Program-made: the position numbers and the translations under genes
Notes under the pieces: model-generated
What the model was told of the DNA's origin: nothing
Database searches by the model: none
The model's input: only the letters and a program-made list of their open reading frames with translations
Assembly: GCF_009914755.1 (NCBI RefSeq)
Contig: NC_060929.1
Direction: 5' to 3' (one strand)
Length of the DNA stretch: 64,000 nt
Source of the DNA: the human T2T-CHM13v2.0 reference genome, Homo sapiens
Shown: piece after piece, positions 26,901-39,255 of the stretch
How the letters are laid out: each line of letters begins with the position of its first letter
Numbering within the stretch: position 1 is the first letter of the stretch

Positions 26901-27869
26901 CAGCCAGAGTACCACGCAGGCTCACCCCTGACACTAGTTCTAATCCTCTGCCCAACTATTCCTCCAAATCCTGCCCTGGAAAATTCTACGGGGGCTCACA
27001 AACTCGTAGTACCTGGCAGAAGCTGACTCAGAGAGAAGAAAACAACTAAATTAGCAATATTGAGGGAAAAATAGGAGATTTAACAAACTCCAGATTTTTG
27101 ACTTCTTAAAAAAAATCAGAGGTTTGGCTTTGCTAGTCCAAGACCCCACCTGACAAAACTCTGGAGTTGAGCATTGGCTGCCCCAAATAGGGCTCTCTCC
27201 AGACGGAAACATTCCCACTCCTTCCCACTCTCTTAGGAGGCCTTCCTTACCCATTAACCTCACCTGCCTGCCCTTGAAGGTTCTGAGGGAACCTTTATAC
27301 TACCCAGGTACAGGACATCAACGTTGCTGCGTGAGGTATTCTGTTCCTCTTGACCATCATCTGCAAGTGGCTGAGCAGCCTTAGCAAGTGGACCATGTGG
27401 AACCCACTGTCTATACACACAAGTTAATGAACACTGCTTGTTTTAGAGACCCGGCTGGGCTGCCCCACCAACTGTCTACATGTCCGGTTGCAGCAAACGG
27501 TGCATAAATGCTTGGTGCATCAAGTTGCATGGAGGACTTGACTGTATGAATACAATTTGTGTCTGATTTGGTAGACATGGCAGCATCTTCCAGAATGTTG
27601 GCACACAAGGAACATTTTAATAATAAGTGATAGTGACGTGAAAAATAATATATCTGGATTTGCAAATACAAAATGCTTTTAACAACTCCAAGTGTGGGCT
27701 TGAAATAAAAAGGAAATGATAATAGTGGCACTATTTTTCCCTGAGCAAAGTCACTTACTACCATGTTTCAGTAATTCTTTTAAAAAGCTCATTTTCTAAT
27801 ATCATATGAAGTTTTAAAGATAACCAACAATTCATGCTGTCATTAACAGAGGGAAGAGCACATTAATGG

Positions 27870-27990
27870 CGTTGACCTTGGGCAAGTTAGTCAGCCTCAC
27901 TAGCTCCTAGTCTCCTCACCTGTAAAATGAAAGGATATGAAATGTAATAGTCTATAAGATTCCTCCGGCTCTGTGATGGTACTGTTCTAA
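27870..27990 (+). mobile_element. MIR fragment
   Basis: tgaccttgggcaagttagtcagcctc...ctcacctgtaaaatga, the MIR core. Confidence 0.75.
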
Positions 27991-28022
27991 GGGATTCTGC
28001 CCCAGTGAAGAAGGGTGTCTCT

Positions 28023-28047
28023 GTGTGTGTGAGAGAGAGAGAGAGAG
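28023..28047. repeat. Compound (GT)n(GA)n microsatellite
   Basis: gtgtgtgtgagagagagagagagag. Confidence 0.85.
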
Positions 28048-28829
28048 CATGCGATTAGGAAGGATGGTACAGGGAGTGGCCTGCCTCTGGGTCATGTAAC
28101 ACATTCCAAAGCCAGGAACATCACCTGGAGAGATGAGGTAGGGGCGGCAGGGGGAATAAGGGGACCCAGGCTGAGGTGGGGTGAGGTGCTGGACCTCCAC
28201 ACAGCTTTCCTCTTTGTCCTAAAGGCACTGGAAATGTAGTTGGGCTCTTGTTGTTGTGTCAGCCACTCTCTGAGATCACCACAGAGGGCAGGCAGAGAAA
28301 GTTCTATGCAGTGGGGCAAGTGACCTTTCCAAAACAAACTGGGGAACAGGGCTCATTTTTCCCTCTACACTCTTTCCTGGTTGCTCCTAAGCAGCATGTG
28401 GTTTGGAAACTCTAGGGATAATCAGCGTGTCAATGTGTGGTACTGTTTGTGGCAAGCATGAGGGGTAGAACGAACTCTCTTCCATGTAGCTCTCACTGGA
28501 CTGCAATAGGCACATCATGAAAAGTGGTGAAAAGTTCATCAAGCGAGAGCAAAGAAATCCCAGCATGCTATACTGCCTAGTCTCAACTTCAGGACCCAGT
28601 TCAAGTAGATAAGCAGTTCTAATCTGACCACAGAGAACACTGTTGTTACCATGTAATCTTATTTAGACTTCAGTTGAGTTTTACACTAAATCTAAAATTT
28701 TCATTTTTATTAACTCAAATTTTTGGACCTCATCATCTTTGTCTGTACAGTGTGACTGCCTCCAAAAGTGAATTGAAATTGATTTAAAAACTCCTACGTG
28801 ACATCAAACTATTGCAATAACATAGGAGA

Positions 28830-28995
28830 GCAGAAAAGAGCAGGGGGTGAAACCTGGGCTTTGAAACCCTCTGCCCCCTTACTAGCTGGGACCTCTAGCA
28901 AGATGCTTAAGCTCTATGAGCCTCAGTTTCCCCTTCTTCATATGGGTAAAATAGTGTCTTGGAGACTCTCCATAGTCCTCAATAAATGTTTATTT
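28830..28995 (+). mobile_element. MIR fragment
   Basis: cttactagctgggacctctagcaagatgcttaagctctatgagcctcagtttcccc. Confidence 0.7.
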
Positions 28996-29329
28996 ATTCT
29001 TCAGCTGAGACACTAAAAATTACTTTTTAATAGCTTTTCTTGGACTCCTTACAAAATTCTCGGGGAGGTCCTAGATTAGCTTCTAGTGTTCTACTGCTTC
29101 AGTGAGAGAAGTCTCCTTCTCTCCCTCCCTCCTTCTCTCTCCCCCACCCACTTCAAGTCACTAAGCTTCTTATCTCTGGAGGTGGTCACTTGGAGAGGCT
29201 GGAAAGTTTGTCTTGGGAGTCACACAAACATGGTGTGGTTTTTAAAAAATGTAAATCATGGCACTCACACTAATGCAAAGAAATATAATGATGTGGAAAA
29301 TAAAGAAAGGACTGGGTGGAAGTGGGGGT

Positions 29330-29900
29330 CTACTGAGTATCTTCTGTGTGCAAGGTACATATGCCTATTACTTTATTGAAACAGCACAGCAACCCAGAGA
29401 GACAGGCCTTATTATCTGTGTTGTAAACACAAGAGTAAACTGCAATTCAGGGAGGTTAAGTAACATGTCTAGGCAGCACATAGTAAATACAGTCGTCCTT
29501 CAGTATCTGTGAGGGATTGGTCCCAGGACCTCCCAAAGATTCCAAAATCTGGGGATGCTCAAGTCCCTTGAATAAAATGATATAGTTTTTGTATGTAACC
29601 TATACACATCCTCCTGTATACTTAAATCATCTCTAGATTATTTATAATACATAATACAATGTAAATGCTATGTAAATCATTGTTTCACTGTATTGCTTAG
29701 GGAAAAGCAACAAGAAAAAGAAGTCTGTAGATGTCCAGTACAGATGCAATTTTTTAAAAAAAAATTTCTATCAGCGGTTGGTTGAATCCACTGCTGTGGA
29801 ACCCACGGATAGAGAGGGCCAACTATATTTACAGCACAGTAGTCAAAGGGTAAAGACAAAACTCAAAGCCAGGTCTGTATAATGCCAAAGTTTATGTCCT
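29330..29900 (-). mobile_element. MIR split by a MER2 insertion
   Basis: aaactgcaattcagggaggttaagtaacatgtctagg before the MER2; aactcaaagccaggtctg...tgccaaag after it. Confidence 0.6.
29490..29825. mobile_element. MER2 (TcMar-Tigger) DNA transposon, near full length
   Basis: Terminal inverted repeats CAGTCGTCCTTCAGTATCTGTG ... CACGGATAGAGAGGGCCAACTA, flanked by TA dinucleotides. Confidence 0.88.
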
Positions 29901-31409
29901 TCCCAAGGCATTAAAGAAAAAGGAACAGAAGAAAGGTTGGAAAGAGAAAGGTGATGGCATAAAAGGAAACTGCACTTAAGTTCATATATAGGCTGATGCA
30001 TCTATGCTTATGTGGACGAAGTGGCTGAAAGTCCCTAATGGCTTCGGTGATAAAAATCTATAAAGGGAGTACACAGTTGCTCCCAAACATGTAGGCATGC
30101 AAAGCCTCATTCCACTTTATGGCCCTGTGATTGCAGCCTTAAGGTGATAGAAAGATGCAAATGCTTCTCAACCAGTTTTAGGAGAAATTGATTCTCTCAT
30201 GAACACCACTGTGTTAAGTGGAGCCACTTGCCTGCTTGCAGCCTCCCTCAACCGTGATGTTTTAACATCAACACATCATAGAGAACAGTGTCATTTGCAA
30301 AGGGTAAGAAAGAAGTTGCCTGCTTCAGTAGCTGATAGGATAAACAGATGTGGACATATCTCAAGTGAGTAAGGAACCTCTGTCCAGAGAGAGATGGGAA
30401 AGCAGGTGTTTTTGCTGAATATCCAGCTGGAGACCTGCTTCACAGAGGCTGGAACTGCTGATCATTCTTGCACCAGAGGAAAATTTAAAGAAGTAATGAG
30501 TGTTTAAATAGTAGGTATCCTTCACTGACCTGGACAGCTCTGTTTCAAGGACCGCAGCATTAAGAGGGTGCTGCTGTCCACAAGATGCAGAGCTGGGTCA
30601 AAGAACACATCCCATCGTAATTAGAAACAACCTGGGCCCATTGATCCTGTTTGAAACCTTTATTGTACCCAGTTTGCAGGAACCACGAGGGCCGCCTGTT
30701 CAGTGATATTTGCATTAAGATATAAGGTTCGGGCAAATGAGAAAAATAGCTCCAGCCTCTTAATAAAGCATCTGGTCTTTCTTTCCTCCTTCTCTCAGCC
30801 ATTAAGAGAGACATAAAAGCACCCATTTTGGAGGAAAGGGAAATGCCACAGACCTAACTTCAACACATTTTGGAGAGTGATGATGGCATTCAATGGAGGA
30901 TAATAATAAATATCGACTGGGTGTAATAGATGTTCCATTTTAGATCTGAAACCACTATCACAAAAACGTAGAAAAACTGAATTCGTAAGTACTTCTAGAA
31001 AAAAATATCTTTTCAAAAAATAAAGGTTGGTTGTATACGTATTATCTTTTGAGGGAGAAGGCAAGTCTTTTCTTTCAGATGATTCTGTTATGTTCGTTTT
31101 CTTTCTCTCTACCCACCACCCCCACCCCAAACACACAGCCCTGAGCCAATGCAGTTTACTTGGATGTTTATTGCACATTTATTGCACTTTACTTGGATGT
31201 TTCAGATACAGTCTCATGGCCCACTGGGACTCTGCTGCTATAGTCACGACCTTAGTAGGCCTGAAAGTATTGTGGCAAACTCTGTCTTTATCTCAAAAGT
31301 CTGCAACAGTCTCAACCAGGCTTACCTGTGGTATGCTCTAGCTTTTTGCCATCACCATCTTTGTAAACGTTCTTTGTTTGTTTGTTGTTGGCTTAAAGGT
31401 GGCTACTTT

Positions 31410-31848
<439 letters not shown>

Positions 31849-32024
31849 AAGGCAGCTAATTTTTACCTCTTAATCTAAACCTTTAGTTTTAGAATTCCAG
31901 ACCTGATTTTGTACAATTCCTCTGGAAAACTCTACTTACATGTATGGCTTACTTGTAAAACTCACACAGTATGTCCCCAGACTGTAATCATTACCTTCAT
32001 TCCCAAACCTTCCTCTTGATTTTC

Positions 32025-32915
32025 TTTTTTTTTTTTTTTAATTTCCAACTTTTATTTTAAGTTCAGGGATACATGGGCAGGATGCTCAGGTTTGTTACAT
32101 AGGTAAGCGTGTGTCATGGTGGTTTGCGGCACAGGTCATCCCATCGCCCAAGTATTAAGCCCAGCATCCACGAGCTATTCTTCCCGATGCTCTCCCTCCT
32201 TCCATGCCCTGCCCTCTGACAGGCCTGAGTGTGTGCTGTTCTTCCCCGTGTGTCCATTTGTTCTCATCATTTAGCTCCCACTTGTAAGTAAGAACATGCG
32301 GTATTTGGTTTTCTGTTCTTGTGTTAGTTTGCTAAGGATAATGGCCTCCAGCTCCATCCATGTCCCTGCAAAGGACATGACCTTGTTTCTTTTAATGGCT
32401 GCATAGTATTCCATCATGTATATGTACCACTTTCTTTATCTAGTCTATCACTGATGGGCATTTAGGTTGATTCCATGTCTTTGCTATTGTGAACAATAGC
32501 AGTGCTGCACTGAACATATACGTGCATGTGTCTTTATATCAGAACAATTTATATTCCTTTGGGTATATACCCAGTAACGAGATTGCTGGGTCGAATGGTA
32601 TTTCTGCCTCTGTCTTTGAGCAATCACTACACTGTCTTCCAGAATGGTTGAACTAATTTACACTCCCACCAACAGTGTAAAAGCGTTCCTTTTGCTCCAC
32701 AACCTTGCTAGTATCTGTCGTTTTTTTACTTTTTAATAATAGCCTGGTGTGAGATGGTATCTGATTGTGGTTTTGATTTGCATTTCTCTAATGATCAGTG
32801 ATTTTGAGCTTTCTTCCATGTTGCTGGCCACATGTATGTCTTCTTTGAGAAGTGTCTGTTCATGTCCTTTACCCACTTTTTAATGGGGTTGTTTGTTTTT
32901 TTCTTGTAAACTTGT
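32025..32915 (-). mobile_element. 5'-truncated older L1PA 3' end (about 0.9 kb; L1PA13-like)
   Basis: Poly-T, then acttttattttaagttcaggg.tacatg...catgtccctgcaaaggacatga...gggtatatacccagtaa...ttgagaagtgtctgttcatgtcctt. Confidence 0.92.
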
Positions 32916-35464
32916 GTAAACTGTTTACAATATTGCTGAACTCGGACATCTGCTTCAGATGCAGAAACAAATGCCTCCTATAATTTGCTGTTAAGAAAAC
33001 TGAGGTCCAAAAAGGTCACTTGCCGAATGTAGGACAGCTCAAAAGTGGCAAAGATGAGCAGCAGCTGAGAACTCCTGACTTCTCTTAGTGAGCTCTTTCC
33101 CTGCCTTATGCTACTTTCAGAAGGGAGCCAAAATTCATTCACTTCTCCTTGGCTTGCTGCCTGATGTTCATTACTACCACTGCCTGATTTCCATCTTACC
33201 AACTCCCTGTTTTCTACTGGGAGGCTCTGTGCTAAGATGCTGATGCAGATAGAGATGGAAACAGCCCCTCCCCTTGCATCACCCCCAGGACCTCACTATT
33301 CAGTGGATGGGCCCCATAGCTTTTGCTCATTATTCCAAAATAGAACACATACACAAATTAACAATAATCTTCCAAAAAGAAATTATTACTCTGTTGCCAA
33401 GAATACCACCTGGAAAGTGAAGATGTTGCAGAGGCATGTAAGGTGGGATGACTGGCAAAGGCTTCTGGTTGGAGAAAGCCTTAGAGGGTTGCATGACTGT
33501 TCACTGTGGAGGGGGCAGGTGGGAACTAAGACATTTCAGGTAGAAGGGCCAGGCCAAGACAGCAGCGTGTTAAAACAGACAACTCCATGCTTATTGGATT
33601 TGTAGACACTCAAATTAGACTAGTTCATTCTTTGCTTAAGGAATTTCAAGCATTTGTCTGAAGTAATGGATGGATGTTTTCCTTTAACTGAAAGTTTGGT
33701 TTAAAATATTACAGCTGAGAATAAAGATTGTGTCTGATTACTATTTTTTCTAAGAATATGACAGAGAAGAAGGGGTGGGGGAAGCTCTGAAGTATAAGCT
33801 CAGAATATTGGTATTTATTTGCTTGAGGTGTTGAGTATATGGGTTATTTTTGCGTTGCTCTCCCTAACTTTTTCTTTGTAATTTTATTAAAAATGAAGCA
33901 AACTGCAAAAAATAGTATGCCTGAATCCAAGCATTTTTCCTAGCCAGTAAAAAGATATCTGGAGAGTGACTTTAAAGGAGCAAACCAGAGATATTTTAGC
34001 ACCTAGAGTTTTCCACATACCTTTGTCAAAGTCCTTAGAGGATTTAAACTAAAATAAAGCAATTGCTGAACTTTGACAGGACGACTCTCCCTAATAATTT
34101 CTCCTCTGTTTACTCTCAGTATAGTTAATAGAAATACAATCTCCCAGTCACAACTTGAACCTTCCTGATCTCCACTCTGCCTGGGATTGCTCAGGCCTAA
34201 ACGGCTGCAGGGATGTGTTCTTTCCCCAGTTTTAGAGTAGAAGTCAACTTCAAACCTGGCTCCTACAGAATTAATAACAACCTGCAAGTCGCTCCGTTGA
34301 GCTCTGAATAACAGCCCCAAATAACAATGTCATCAGTCACGAATGATTTAAACTTTGACCTAACCCTATAAATCCTTACTGTTTTCTTGTTGTTTGTCAA
34401 CATTTTTGGTAAGACAGTCTCAAGATCAGGAAGAAAGTGAAAACATTTCCTTGAACTAAAATGTTGGCATCAGGTCCTTTGGTGTTTGCTGCCTGTGTCA
34501 GCCCTCATTGTATTTCCTGCCTCTTTCGATGAGCTCTGATGCTTTCCCAGAACCCTGAAAGCCAAAAATAGAGTTTCTATTTGATTACAAGCTTCTGATT
34601 ATACAAAAAGAGGCATAATATCATTTCAGGATCTGCTCCATAACCAAGCATGATATTGATGCTGACTGGTGCTTATCATCAGTAAAGTATCTATATACAC
34701 AGTACATTTTCTGTTCATCTGTGTATGTCCAGACACATCGAGAACAGACATGATATGGAAGAATTATATCTTGAATTTCTATAATTTTCCCACATTTTTG
34801 GGGAAATTCATTTCGTTTATCCGAAAAAAGCCTGCTTTATGTCTCAGTGAGCTCAGTGAAAACTGCAAACCCACACATTTTAACCTATTATTAAATTTGA
34901 TAGATATTTCAGGTTTTTTTTTCTGAAAATTACTAATATCTTTATTGGCTTTGCTCATTTACTTTTATGTAAAAAGTGACTCATTAGCCTGGCTTGATTT
35001 ACTTAGCAAAATAACGTAGGTGTTTTCCAAAGGCAGTTTATCAGTTTGAATTGTGGTGGAGAGAAGACGATTCACTAGGTGCCTCTTCCCAAACCAGAGT
35101 CAACTCTAGGATACCACCGCATAAAATGTTCATTTGCTTTTAATGTGAAATCTTATCTTTGGAATTAATAATTATCCCCAAACATCCTGAAAATATGCTT
35201 CCTTAGAGCGAATGAAAATAAATTCTACGAAATTATAGGTTTGTTTGAATGTCTCTACCACTTGATGACTTGACTCCTTAAACAGGTGACTTCAGGGTCA
35301 CCGCACAAACAGAACAGTCCTGTTCTTTGGCAGCATCTGGAGGAATCATTTTGGTGTTCATTGTTTTTGAAGTCTGCCCTGAGGCTCCTTAAGTTTAAAG
35401 AAAAATACGATTTGCTATCCCCTGTTTCTCTAGATCTGGATGAGGCCAAGTTCATTTCAGGAGT

Positions 35465-35780
35465 ATAGGTACACAATTTCTTATCTGCAATTACAAACAA
35501 AACAAAAACAAACCCTGAAAACCAAAATGTTTTTTCTACTCATTGTGTGACAAGCTTGAGTTGGCATGAGACCATTTGTAGTCCTTATTTATCCCTCTTA
35601 GGATGAATATTTATGCATTTTGCTGCAAATTATGAACAGGTATGATTATTAAAAATTGCTCCAGACTCCACTGGTGTATGTTTCCCATGTTACTTTTCCA
35701 AAATCTAAAAAATTTCAAAAAAAAAAAAGATTGGGACACTACATGCCTTCGTTCCTAAAGAGATTAAAAACAGGATATAA
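35465..35780. mobile_element. MER46C-like (TcMar-Tigger) DNA transposon
   Basis: taggtacacaatttcttatctgcaatt...ctgaaaaccaaaa...tatttatccctcttag..tgaatattta...tttccaaaatctaaaaaatt. Confidence 0.65.
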
Positions 35781-38087
35781 AGTGATGGAGAAAGGAAATC
35801 CTTGAGAGTAAATTCCCAACACTGGTTTTGCTAAAATGAGAACGTCTCTTAATTATTCCACAGTGTGTTGTGAAATTCTCACAGAATTTAAAAAAAAAAG
35901 TAATCTGATTTCACATATTTTTAAAAGTGTATGTCGTATCATACTTGCAAGAATAATTCAGAGATGAGGAATTGCTGACTGAGTTACTTATTTTTCATTT
36001 CCTATGTTCTGGGCTTATAATGACAGTTTTCCAGGCCCCTCTCCAGACAAAGGACCGACAAGAACAGACTTCCACAAAATAAGTGATGTTCCCAGAGCAG
36101 ATGTAATCTTGGTAGCAAGGTCCCAAAGCCTCTCCTAAGTAAGTGATATCATCCAGAAGCAGCAGAAGTGACTGCCTCCCCAGGCTCAGCAACCCCTCCA
36201 CCTGAGTGAGCTGCATTTCTTCCCATCTGATGGCCAACTACAAGGGAGTCAGCACTCCTTCCTCTCTCTGTAGAAAATGGACAGACTTCACAGGCTTTTT
36301 GTGCACTTGGTGATGGTGTCTCCAAAGGAGATTCCATGATGTCAGAGCCTGTAATCATTTTCTCCCCAATGGAATATGCCTGGTCACGGCATTTTCCAAT
36401 CCCTGGCATCAGAAGCAATTGTCAACTGGCAGTATCTGCCCTCTGCTTTGTTACAGGTACCTGCCTTTAATTTTCAAATATCTGTAATTTTCTTTTGATG
36501 AATAACCCCAGAAGTTTAGGAACTAGTTACTAAAATTAAGAATTTGGATTTCTGGAATATTTGGGGAGGACAACTGTTATCTTGGACAACAGGTAGGGGT
36601 GGTAGAGAAGGAAGACAGACTCTCCTATTCCTCTCTGAGGTGCCCTCCACTGGCTGTCCCTCACCTTTCTTTCTCCCAAAGTGGACACTGGGCGTCAGAC
36701 AACAACGTAATCAATTTTAAGTCTGAAATAAAATGGAGGCAAATGGTTAATATCAGATAACTTGGATACAAGGTTAATTACTGCAATCCAATTATCAGGA
36801 GGGAAGACAGCACATGAATATCACCAATTAACCCCTAAATCAAATTTAAAAATCACCATTCCCATAATTAATAGCACAGCAATCACTTTAATTACCATCT
36901 CTGCCAGACCAGAATAAGGAGGAAAAGTGAAATTATCCAATAAGTTTGAGTGTGACAAGAAGAAACCAAACTAAAGTGCTGAGGGTCAGACAAAAGAGAG
37001 GTGATAAATCAGAGAGAAAGTGAGTGTGAGACACACACCCAGCCCTGCAGGCATGCCTAGGCGTGTCACTCTAGCATAGCACAAGGATCCCTGCACGTGT
37101 GTGCTTGCCTTTCTTTGGGAGGAAATGGAGGCACAGAAAATGGATAAACGTCTCTAGAAGCTACTTAGCCCTGGTTACTGGGAAGCAGAGAGGTCAACCT
37201 GCATCATCCAGGCTTTCACTAGTAAGGATTTCAAGTTCTGAGCAATGAGAAGGAAAATACACACCTATGGAACACATGGAGAGTAACAACACATGAACGT
37301 CTTTCAAAGAGGAGATTCCCCACGTTCACTTTGAATAACTAAAAGACTAAGGCAGAATGACTTTTTTCTCAAACACGGTATTTTCCTACTGGGTTAACAT
37401 AGTCTTTATCTCTCCTAAGAGTTAAAAAAAAAAAAGTCATTCTAAAATGTTATGCAAGAATAGGCAGATGTGTTCTTCACATATCTATTTAATCAGCTCT
37501 TTCCAGCAGCACTAAGACATGAAAGAAAGGTTGAGTGTCGTCCAGAATCCTCAATGAGAAGAGAGCAAAGTGCTGTGTTGAGCTCCAGTCTTGCAAGATT
37601 CCCCAAGCTGGAACACTGCTCCACTATTTGGAAGTAAGGGAGCTAAGGGCACCTCCTCCATTCTCACACAAAAGGTACATTTGAGGAGTCATTATCAATA
37701 ATTTTTCCAATTTTTTGAAAGTAATTCTATTCCAAAGGAACACTGCTTTTGTACACCACAGGGTACTTTTTTAGTGTTTTGGGAGGTACAAGCAAGAACA
37801 TGAGATGTGAGAAAATATCGTACAAGTGTGTAGGCATTGAAAGGATGTTCCTTTGACTGTTCAATTAAACCCAGAAACAGCTTTTGTTAGTAATTTTCCT
37901 GTACTCATTCATTCACTCATCGAATTCAGTCACTTTAGAAATGGCTGAGTTTCTAATATGTGCAGGCAAGGCACTGTGCGGGAACAGTGCGGATATTGGG
38001 GTCATGGGCTCACCCATGGGTTCTGCCCTTGGGAAGTCTCCAGACCACTGCAGACTATACATAAGTGGCTATAACGATGCTGTGTGT

Positions 38088-38122
<35 letters not shown>

Positions 38123-38124
38123 CA
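38088..38124. repeat. (CA)n microsatellite
   Basis: About 18 units. Confidence 0.95.
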
Positions 38125-38189
38125 TACATTATACATATAATACAGACTTACATAAAACACTGTGAGTTAAGAGGACCAAGAGACGTAAT

Positions 38190-38892
38190 ATCCAAGTATG
38201 GATTCTATTTCCAAAGTACATGCCAAATCTGCCCACTTCCCTATGTTCTACCTACAATCCTCTTAATCTAACCTAACCTCAGCTCCTGCCTCATGACAAT
38301 TGCTATCTACTTAGTCTTTCTACTTCCACTTGGCCCTCCTTCAGTTTAATCTCCACACAGCAATCAATGGTCTTTTAGAAACATAGATCATGTTATGTCC
38401 TCCCTTCCATAAAGCCTTCCAGTGGCTTCTTAATGTATTAACAACAAAATTAAACCCTCTATTCTGGGCACAAAAGGCACCACCCAACTGGTTGACCCCA
38501 TCATGTTCCATTCCCACTCTGTTCCAGCCCCTGTGCCTTGCTTTCCTCAAATGCACAAGCTCTCATTCCTGCCTCATGGACTTTCTGCTCTCTCACCTTG
38601 GAATGATCTTTCTTCCAAGATCATAAAATGTCACTTCCTCAGACAGGCCTTCCCTGAGCCCCCAAAGCAGCCTGATGCTTTTTTTTTTTTTTTTCATCAC
38701 TTTATTCTACATTTCTGCAATGGATTTGTTCCTAATTGAGATTTTCACTTGCTTTTGTCTGTTCCTCCCCTCCACTAGAATGTAAGCTCTATGTGGGTAA
38801 ATTGGTCTTATTAATCACTGTATCCCTCCCATTCAAGAACAAAGTCTAATGTACAGTAAACTCTTAACAAATATTCATTAAATAGTGAATGA
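38190..38892 (+). mobile_element. L2 3' end
   Basis: aaagccttccagtggcttc, aaatgtcacttcctcagacaggccttccctga, ctagaatgtaagctct, terminal aaatattcattaaatagtgaatgaa. Confidence 0.82.
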
Positions 38893-38989
38893 AGCTCTAA
38901 AAAAAGAGTATCAGGACAATTTCTGAAAAATCAGTACTAAAACAAGGAAAAGGGGAGATGCAAGGGGCAGAGACTGGCATTTTTCAGAT

Positions 38990-39255
38990 ATCTGAAGAGA
39001 AACCTAGAGGACAGTTGTGAGGGTAGACCTAAGATCAATGGGTAGAAACTATAAAGATGATTTCTGCTCAAAATAGGGAGGAACTTTCTAGCAGCCCCTG
39101 TAACACACACATGGACTAGCCTACCTAAGGGGATGGGGAGGCCAGATGAGTGCTAGGACAGAAGGAATATTCTCCAGGAATTTAGACGCAGGATGCAGGG
39201 CTAGACCAGACAACATTTAGGGTCCCCATGGAGAACCTGACTGCCTATGGTTCTT
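38990..39255 (+). mobile_element. Ancient CR1/L3-like LINE 3' fragment
   Basis: aatgggtagaaactata...tttctgctcaaaatagggaggaactttcta...ctagaccagacaacatttagggtccc. Confidence 0.45.

Noticed and set aside
26562-27026. Longest ORF in the track (154 aa, plus strand)
   Set aside because: Starts at TTG, has no recognisable domain and contains an internal AATAAA; its length is compatible with chance in 64 kb.
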